Origin: Ruminococcus sp.
Lineage (GTDB): Bacteria > Bacillota > Clostridia > Oscillospirales > Ruminococcaceae
Direction of reading: 5' to 3'
DNA length: 48,060 nt
Assembly: GCA_014799675.1 (NCBI GenBank)
Contig: JAAVHM010000014.1
Coordinates: forward strand, 3,836-51,895
Under the pieces are notes generated by a model that saw only the letters and a program-made list of their open reading frames with translations, was not told the DNA's origin and did no database searches. Each line of letters opens with the position of its first letter. Position 1 is the first letter of the stretch. Shown here one piece after another: positions 42,045-48,060 of the stretch. The position numbers and the translations under genes are program-made.

Positions 42045-43268
42045 ATGGAAAAACGATTTATATATGCGGACAACGCCGCCACCACAGCGGTCTCAAAGCG
42101 CGTGCTGGACGCAATGCTCCCCTACATGACGGAGCAGTTCGGCAACCCCTCCAGTATCTACAAGCTTGGTCGGGACGCCGAAAAGGCTATCACGGAAGTC
42201 CGCGAAAAAATAGCCTCCGCAATAGGCTGTTCGGCAAGCGAGATTTTCTTCACAAGCGGCGGCTCGGAAGCCGACAACTGGGCAATTCGTTCCGCGGCTT
42301 TAAGGCTCGGCGCAAAGGGCAAGAAGCACATTATTACAACAAATTTTGAGCACCACGCTGTCCTGCACACCTGTGAATTCCTTGAAAAGCAGGGCTTTGA
42401 GGTAACATATCTCCCCGTTGACGAAATGGGTCTTATTACCGCAGAGCAGGTAAAAAACGCCATTCGGGAGGACACCGCACTTGTTACAATTATGTACGCA
42501 AACAACGAGATCGGCACTATTATGCCAATTAAGGAAATCGGCGAGGTCTGCCGTGAAAAGGGCGTTTGGTTCCATACGGACGCTGTTCAGGCGGTGGGAA
42601 ATGTTCCCATAAACGTCAAGGAACAAAATATCGACCTTATGTCCTGCTCGGGACACAAAATTCACGCGCAAAAGGGTATCGGTTTCCTGTACGTGAAAAA
42701 GGGCATACCCATGACGAACCTGATTTTCGGCGGAGCGCAGGAGCGCGGCAGACGGGCAGGCACGGAGAACGTCCCCGCAATTATGGGACTTGGTGAGGCT
42801 GTGACTGCGGCTTGCGAGAACATACCCGAAAAAATGGAACGTGTTTCCAAAATGCGGGACAGGCTTATTGAGGGCATAACGAAAATCCCCTGCAGCAGGC
42901 TCAACGGCGACCCTGAGCAGAGACTTTGCGGCAACGTGAACATATCATTTTTGGGCGTTGAGGGCGAATCCCTCCTGCTCCTGCTGGACGCTAACGGAAT
43001 ATGCGCTTCAAGCGGTTCGGCGTGTACTTCGGGTTCACTTGACCCGTCCCACGTGCTGCTTGCGCTGGGACTTCCACACGAGGTCGCACACGGCTCTATG
43101 AGACTGACAATTTCCGACGAGACCACCGACGAGGATATCGACTATATTCTGGAAGTCGTTCCAAAGGTGGTTGAGAGAATAAGAGGAATGTCCCCCCTTT
43201 GGGAGGATATCCAAAACGGCAAGGAAAATATTCAAAAGGCAATGAAATTTGTCAGCCCGTTAGAGTGA
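42045..43268 (+). CDS. nifS: cysteine desulfurase (NifS/IscS type)
   Basis: YADNAATT N-terminus, PLP lysine in [10 protein letters not shown], and active-site [12 protein letters not shown] at 42045 preferred over the GTG at 42036. Confidence 0.9.
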   Translation: MEKRFIYADNAATTAVSKRVLDAMLPYMTEQFGNPSSIYKLGRDAEKAITEVREKIASAIGCSASEIFFTSGGSEADNWAIRSAALRLGAKGKKHIITTNFEHHAVLHTCEFLEKQGFEVTYLPVDEMGLITAEQVKNAIREDTALVTIMYANNEIGTIMPIKEIGEVCREKGVWFHTDAVQAVGNVPINVKEQNIDLMSCSGHKIHAQKGIGFLYVKKGIPMTNLIFGGAQERGRRAGTENVPAIMGLGEAVTAACENIPEKMERVSKMRDRLIEGITKIPCSRLNGDPEQRLCGNVNISFLGVEGESLLLLLDANGICASSGSACTSGSLDPSHVLLALGLPHEVAHGSMRLTISDETTDEDIDYILEVVPKVVERIRGMSPLWEDIQNGKENIQKAMKFVSPLE

Positions 43269-43330
43269 CGAGGAAAGAATTTTTCCTAAAAAATAAAATA
43301 AAAAAACAGGAGAACAGCGGCGGGCTAAAA

Positions 43331-43368
43331 CTTCTAGCCTCCAGCCTCTTGTCTCTAGTTTCTAGAAG
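43331..43368. repeat. pyrimidine-strand heptad array between nifS and iscU
   Basis: Reads CTTCTAG CCTCCAG CCTCTTG TCTCTAG TTTCTAG AAG and runs directly into the iscU RBS. Confidence 0.6.
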
Positions 43369-43382
43369 AAGGAGTGTTTTTA

Positions 43383-43805
43383 ATGCTTTACAGCGATAAG
43401 GTAATGGATCATTTTGCAAACCCAAGAAACGTGGGTGAAATCGAGGACGCCGACGGTATCGGCGAGGTTGGCAACGCCAAGTGCGGCGACATTATGAAGA
43501 TGTACATTAAGGTGGACAACGGCGTTATTTCCGACGTTAAGTTCAAGACTTTCGGCTGCGGCGCGGCTGTGGCAACATCTTCCATAGCAACCGAAATGAT
43601 AATGGGCAAGACCATTGACGAGGCTTTGAAGCTTACCAACAAGGCTGTAGTGGAGGCTTTGGAGGGACTTCCTCCCCAGAAGCTGCACTGCTCGGTTCTT
43701 GCGGAGCAGGCTATGAAGTCGGCAATTTCCGACTACTACCAGCGTCAGGGTATCGACCCGAAACCAATTGTGGGCGAGATAGGCGAATGCGAGGCTTGCC
43801 ACTAG
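43383..43805 (+). CDS. iscU: Fe-S cluster assembly scaffold protein (NifU N-terminal/IscU type)
   Basis: Three conserved Cys in GNAKCGD, FGCGAAVA and LHCSVLA. ATG at 43383 lies 8 nt after AAGGAG. Confidence 0.9.
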   Translation: MLYSDKVMDHFANPRNVGEIEDADGIGEVGNAKCGDIMKMYIKVDNGVISDVKFKTFGCGAAVATSSIATEMIMGKTIDEALKLTNKAVVEALEGLPPQKLHCSVLAEQAMKSAISDYYQRQGIDPKPIVGEIGECEACH

Positions 43806-43847
43806 AGGATAGAGGCAAGAAGCAAGAAGCAAGAGGCAAGATATAAG
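43803..43847. repeat. purine-strand heptad array immediately after iscU
   Basis: Reads TAGAGGA TAGAGGC AAGAAGC AAGAAGC AAGAGGC AAGATAT and starts at the iscU stop codon. It is complementary in character to 43331-43368 (GCCTCTTG vs CAAGAGGC). Confidence 0.6.
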
Positions 43848-43885
43848 AAAAAACAAGTCTTTCTGACTTGTTTTTTCTTTTTGTG
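43846..43885. terminator. bidirectional intrinsic terminator (iscU / DUF4317 gene)
   Basis: AAACAAGTC-TTTCT-GACTTGTTT, flanked by an A-run upstream and TTTTTTCTTTTT downstream, between convergent genes. Confidence 0.75.
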
Positions 43886-43894
43886 AAACCCCGA

Positions 43895-45028
43895 TCATTC
43901 CACGGTGGTGGTAAGACCGTTTACCGAAATGCTCGGGTCGTCAAGGTCGATAACAAGACAACGCCTGCCGCCGATAACGCTTGTACGAACCTTTTCGGCA
44001 GCGTCACGGCTGATGTTTATTGTAATTTCGGGAGTGGACAGAACCACCTTGTTTTCAATAAGATTTTCTGCGGTAAGTCCCTCCGCTTCGCCCACCTTTT
44101 CCTTGAAAACGGCGGGGAGAGCGTCCAGCTTTTCGCTGCTTACCCCTGCGTCAAAAAGAATGTTGTGGAGCTTGTTGTCGTCGATAAGGGGAAGCTCCGT
44201 CTCGTTTTTGGAATTGTTCACAATATCCCGAATTGCTTCGTTGACCTGTGTTATGACCGTGTAGCTTAATTCGTCCGCAACAACGTCTGTGAGGACTTGC
44301 TGAAAGGTCTCCTTTTCCCGCTGAAAGGACATCACAAAATCACAGCCGAGAACGTCCTCAACTACCGAAATATTGGGCTTTTTCGGAGTTTTTGTGTAGT
44401 ACATAACATTGTTCACGTCGGGAGCGCGGTCGCTGAAAACGGGGTACAAAAAGCCGTCTGTCGGTATCCTGCTGATAATGAGGTCGGTGTTGGCTTTTTT
44501 CACGATAGCGTTCGCTTCGCCGTCGAACATGAGACCGTCGTCCCCCGTGCTGACAGGGCAGACCGCCGCAACGATAAAGTTGTACTCCTCCGTGGCGTCG
44601 TCGTAGCTTTCGTCGTTTTTGTCCTTTGTCATAATGCTGTAGGAGCAGTACCCGATTATCAGGGTGTAACCCATTTCGTACTCCATGTTGTTGATAATTC
44701 TTGTGAGAAGCTTGTCGTTGGCGACCTCGTCCTCAAGCTTGCCTTTCATTGCGGCATACAGGATGTTCTGCGCGCCGTCCTCGTCGTATTCCTCGCGGGG
44801 GAAGCCGTACTCCGTGAGATTTTTTCCCACCCTGCCGCCGAGAACTTTTTTCAGCGACTCCAGCATAACAGCCCCCTCGTCCTCGGGGATAAGAGCGTAC
44901 AGCTTATTGTCCTTGCAGCGGACGTTTTTCTGGGGGTCGACGTAAGCGGACAGAATGTGGTTAAGGGTGAAAAATCCGCTTGAATCGGTAAAATTCTTTT
45001 TGATCTCTGCAACTTCTTTTTTGTTCAT
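43895..45028 (-). CDS. DUF4317-like protein
   Basis: 377 aa, cytoplasmic. The N-terminus MNKKEVAEIKKNF and the size recall the clostridial DUF4317 family (memory only). Confidence 0.5.
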   Translation of the reverse strand: MNKKEVAEIKKNFTDSSGFFTLNHILSAYVDPQKNVRCKDNKLYALIPEDEGAVMLESLKKVLGGRVGKNLTEYGFPREEYDEDGAQNILYAAMKGKLEDEVANDKLLTRIINNMEYEMGYTLIIGYCSYSIMTKDKNDESYDDATEEYNFIVAAVCPVSTGDDGLMFDGEANAIVKKANTDLIISRIPTDGFLYPVFSDRAPDVNNVMYYTKTPKKPNISVVEDVLGCDFVMSFQREKETFQQVLTDVVADELSYTVITQVNEAIRDIVNNSKNETELPLIDDNKLHNILFDAGVSSEKLDALPAVFKEKVGEAEGLTAENLIENKVVLSTPEITINISRDAAEKVRTSVIGGRRCLVIDLDDPSISVNGLTTTVE

Positions 45029-45055
45029 ATGTATAGTTCCTTTCTTTTTGAAATT

Positions 45056-46555
45056 TTAATCGCTTATTTTTTCTATTGCAATGTCACTGTCATTAACAGT
45101 CATTCTGAACATTTCCGTATCATCGTCGTCAAATGGCTGTAAATTCTTTTCTATTTCAGCAATTGAGGCGGTGATGTCAGCTTCGCTGCAAACGGTTTTT
45201 TCGCCGTTTTCATCAACAATGTAAAAATCCTCCGGACCGCTTGTTCCCGTGAAATGAACGTGACTTATCTCGGTAATTTCGTCTCCCACAAAAATAAAAT
45301 TTGTCTCTGACGTTGCATTGGTAAAATGTCCGTAATAGTTGGTATATTTTATTACAAAACGTCCCGCCTCGTTGTCGTATAAAAAAGCAATATTATCGTT
45401 GTCAAAGGCTGAAAAGCTATATAAAAACCGCGGCTCGTCAATATTGTCGATCATGCAGTAGTGTAACCCCATAAACCCAAACAAAACAAAAGCGTCGGTG
45501 TTTCCGTCGTTGTTGAAATCCGTCAGGAGTATTGGAACTTCGTCATCAAGCAGGAAAAAATTATCCGAATCGTTTTCCAAATCGTTGATAATGTAATTTA
45601 CAAGCGTTGTCAAGTGAGGGTACTGCCGCAGAACGTCGCTGCTGTACCATATACTGCCGTCAGGTTCAAGAATTTGCTGCTCTTTCAGGACGACAAATTC
45701 GTCTCCCCACTCGTAAATATTTTTCAGCGTAAATTCGGACATAACCGCTTCTTTGTGGTCTAAAAACCAATTATCAATAACGTCGTGGGATATTAACGGC
45801 AACTCGCCTGATACCCCTCCACCCGTAAAAAACGACGTGCTGAAGCGGTTTTCACCCTCTTTTTCTAATGCGGGCGAGTAAACCGAATTGTATTCCTTGG
45901 GAAGCCGCAGAGTATCATACAACTCCCCGCCGATACTGATTTTCTGCTGAACGACATCGCCCTTTGAATTCAGCGAATACAAACGGCAGTCGCTTCCTCC
46001 CGACAGCGAGCCAAACTGATTTACCGTAATGTCGGGAAAACCGTCGCCGTTGTAATCGTCGACGTACAGCTCAAACTGCTGATTGAAGCTTAACTCAAAT
46101 TCGTCGCTTATATAATCCGTTTGCGTTTTTTCATAGCAGTCGCTTTTGTCGCTTTCGGTCAGTCTGAACCTAAAGCTGCCATTCCACGCCATTTCCCAGA
46201 AGATGTATTGAGAGTCGTAAGAACCCTTCGTCATTTCAAGAACCAAAGACCTTCCATTAAATTGAGGAAAAGCGTCGTCAAAGCTGCAAGCCGCAAAAAC
46301 AACAGGCGTTTCCAAAGAAATTATTTTTTCGTCGTCTTTATTTTTGACAGTTTCATTTTGGACTTTTTCCGTAGCCTTTACAGTAGTTTCCGTTTCCGAA
46401 ATTTTTGTAGTTGCGGTAATTGCCGCCGTTTCTGAAGTAGTCTGCTCCGTTTGGGTTGCTTGCTCCGTCTGTTCTTCCTGCGGAGAATTACCGCAGGAGG
46501 ATATGCAAAGCGTTAAAGCGATTGCCGCAAATGTTATTAAAAAATATTTTTTCAT
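45056..46555 (-). CDS. lipoprotein with FG-GAP/VCBS-like motifs
   Basis: Lipobox CISSCG, a T/E-rich linker, and DDYNGDGFPDITVN and DFNNDGNTDAFVL motifs. Start at ATG 46555 (MKKYF); an alternative GTG lies at 46567. Confidence 0.6.
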   Translation of the reverse strand: MKKYFLITFAAIALTLCISSCGNSPQEEQTEQATQTEQTTSETAAITATTKISETETTVKATEKVQNETVKNKDDEKIISLETPVVFAACSFDDAFPQFNGRSLVLEMTKGSYDSQYIFWEMAWNGSFRFRLTESDKSDCYEKTQTDYISDEFELSFNQQFELYVDDYNGDGFPDITVNQFGSLSGGSDCRLYSLNSKGDVVQQKISIGGELYDTLRLPKEYNSVYSPALEKEGENRFSTSFFTGGGVSGELPLISHDVIDNWFLDHKEAVMSEFTLKNIYEWGDEFVVLKEQQILEPDGSIWYSSDVLRQYPHLTTLVNYIINDLENDSDNFFLLDDEVPILLTDFNNDGNTDAFVLFGFMGLHYCMIDNIDEPRFLYSFSAFDNDNIAFLYDNEAGRFVIKYTNYYGHFTNATSETNFIFVGDEITEISHVHFTGTSGPEDFYIVDENGEKTVCSEADITASIAEIEKNLQPFDDDDTEMFRMTVNDSDIAIEKISD

Positions 46556-46594
46556 CTTATTACCCACTTTTTTATTTTTGACAGTTATGAAAAA

Positions 46595-47047
46595 TCAAAG
46601 TTTTGAGTGTAAAACAAATTTTTGATTGGGATATCCAAACTCTTCTATCAATTCATCTTCCACAAAACCAAACTTTTTATATAAGGCTCTCGGCGCAGTT
46701 CCCTTCGGGTCGTTTTCACGAAATGTCGAGACGGTAATATCTTTATGCCTATCCAACTCGCTTATGGCTTTTTCCAAAAGGAGCGAACCGATCCCGCATT
46801 TCCTGTATTGAGGCGAAACCGCCAAACAGCAAATCATATTATGTCCCCTTGAAAAAAGTATAACGCCTGCAATTTTATTTTTATCCTTAATACATAATGC
46901 TTGTTTCTTGTTCATAAATCGCAAAACTGTTTCTTTATGTTCTTCAATTTTTTCTTCTGTCTCTAATCCGGGAAAGTTCCAGCTTACATCATTTACCAAA
47001 TCCATCCATGAATCAATATCGGACGGTATTCCATATACAGCTGTCAT
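46595..47047 (-). CDS. GNAT family N-acetyltransferase
   Basis: 150 aa with YRKCGIGSLLLEKAI acetyl-CoA motif. Confidence 0.75.
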   Translation of the reverse strand: MTAVYGIPSDIDSWMDLVNDVSWNFPGLETEEKIEEHKETVLRFMNKKQALCIKDKNKIAGVILFSRGHNMICCLAVSPQYRKCGIGSLLLEKAISELDRHKDITVSTFRENDPKGTAPRALYKKFGFVEDELIEEFGYPNQKFVLHSKL

Positions 47048-47074
47048 AAAAAAATTCCTCCAATAAATTCTTGC

Positions 47075-48016
47075 TCACCATTTCCAGTCGGACATAAATC
47101 TTGTTAGTTTTGTATCCTCTCCGCTTTTTTTCTGCTGTTTTTTCAGCTCGTTTACAACGCCCAAAGCGATCAGCGCCACGCCCGCAATCGCAAGATACAC
47201 AAGCCATGCTATGCTGTCAAGACGGGTTATGCTTAGCAGTACCGCCGACACCACCATTGAAGCAACCGCAAGGACAAACCACCGTTTTTTCTTTATCACA
47301 AAGGAAACCGCAAGCATTATAAGCAGTATCGCTCCGATGAAAATTGAGTCGAAATTGTTCCCCGAAAAAAGCGCGTCTACAAAAAGCACGAACAGCGAAA
47401 TTATTGCCGATACAAAGGCAAAATTGTATACCGCAGGCAGAGCGTCTTTCCAGATGAAGCGTAAAATTACACAGAATATCACCACGGGCAGCAGGTTGAA
47501 CTGCACCGCTATAAGTTCGGGGACGGTAAAGAACGGCACAGTCCACCACAGCGGGAACAGGAAAGCCGCGGCAATCGTCAGAATTATTCTGTTGGTTTTG
47601 GAGGTCTGTTCGCGGCGCATTAAATTTGCCGTAAGAAGTGCTGTCGTCAGTGTGCTTAGCCATTCCCAATTGTCGCCGGGCGACTGACCGGGCAAATGAT
47701 TGAAAGCTATTGCTGCGGACAAAAACGCGGCTATGCTGAAAATGTCCATATAGTATTTTTCACGGATCTTTTTGCGGAACAGTACGTGTCCCAAAGCGGC
47801 AAGAATTACCGCAAAAATCAGGGCGGAAGCAGGTGGGTAGCTGTATTCGGCAATGATAGTCATACCTACAAAAACAGGGAAAATAAGCGGCAGGGTATTC
47901 CTGCGGAAAATCGACAGAAGCAGAGCGCAGACCGCTAAAATAATGCCGAAGATCATCAGCGGGAGAATTCCCTCTTCACGGGATATCCACAGCAGAATTC
48001 CCGACAGGGCGGGCAT
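47075..48016 (-). CDS. polytopic membrane protein, unknown function (N-terminus may extend toward the window edge)
   Basis: At least 313 aa with about 9 hydrophobic segments and a basic KKQQKKSGED tail. Confidence 0.5.
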   Translation of the reverse strand: MPALSGILLWISREEGILPLMIFGIILAVCALLLSIFRRNTLPLIFPVFVGMTIIAEYSYPPASALIFAVILAALGHVLFRKKIREKYYMDIFSIAAFLSAAIAFNHLPGQSPGDNWEWLSTLTTALLTANLMRREQTSKTNRIILTIAAAFLFPLWWTVPFFTVPELIAVQFNLLPVVIFCVILRFIWKDALPAVYNFAFVSAIISLFVLFVDALFSGNNFDSIFIGAILLIMLAVSFVIKKKRWFVLAVASMVVSAVLLSITRLDSIAWLVYLAIAGVALIALGVVNELKKQQKKSGEDTKLTRFMSDWKW

Positions 48017-48060
48017 TGCGTACCAAAGGAAATGCTCGGTGTGCTTTGAGGTGTTTTCAA

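Overview
This is a 48-kb chromosomal segment of roughly 50% GC. It looks like a Gram-positive anaerobe (Clostridia, Oscillospiraceae/Ruminococcaceae-like); that guess rests only on gene content, lipobox lipoproteins and textbook TTGACA-17-TATAAT promoters. Most of it is housekeeping. On the minus strand are pyrR-pyrC-pyrF with a PyrR-type attenuator, purD, a shikimate operon (DAHP synthase-aroB-aroA-aroC), nrdR and cls. On the plus strand are galU, an orphan ABC ATPase, a GH16 glucanase and nifS-iscU. There is one tRNA-Leu(UAG). No CRISPR array, transposase, integrase or rRNA was seen. The stand-out is a tightly packed minus-strand locus at about 13.4-22.4 kb. It holds a TerY-like vWA protein, a radical SAM enzyme, a PP2C phosphatase and an atypical Ser/Thr kinase with a Zn-ribbon tail. 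These are followed by a P-type-ATPase homolog that has lost its catalytic signatures, a TerD-domain fusion protein and a DUF4037 protein. This resembles a TerY-P phosphorylation triad with non-canonical extra components, and I flag it as the candidate undescribed system. The non-coding DNA is also unusual. Two families of 7-nt-periodic intergenic arrays (WAGARGC and AYAGTKK) form long imperfect hairpins and bracket individual genes. There is also a roughly 120-bp dispersed palindromic repeat, GTAGGGGCG-type composite hairpins and two tandem 100-bp palindromes. Other accessory items are an orphan phage-tail-fibre-like repeat protein, AT-rich SUKH/immunity-like orphan genes and a tandem CPBP protease pair. 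All product calls come from motif recognition by eye; no database search was run.
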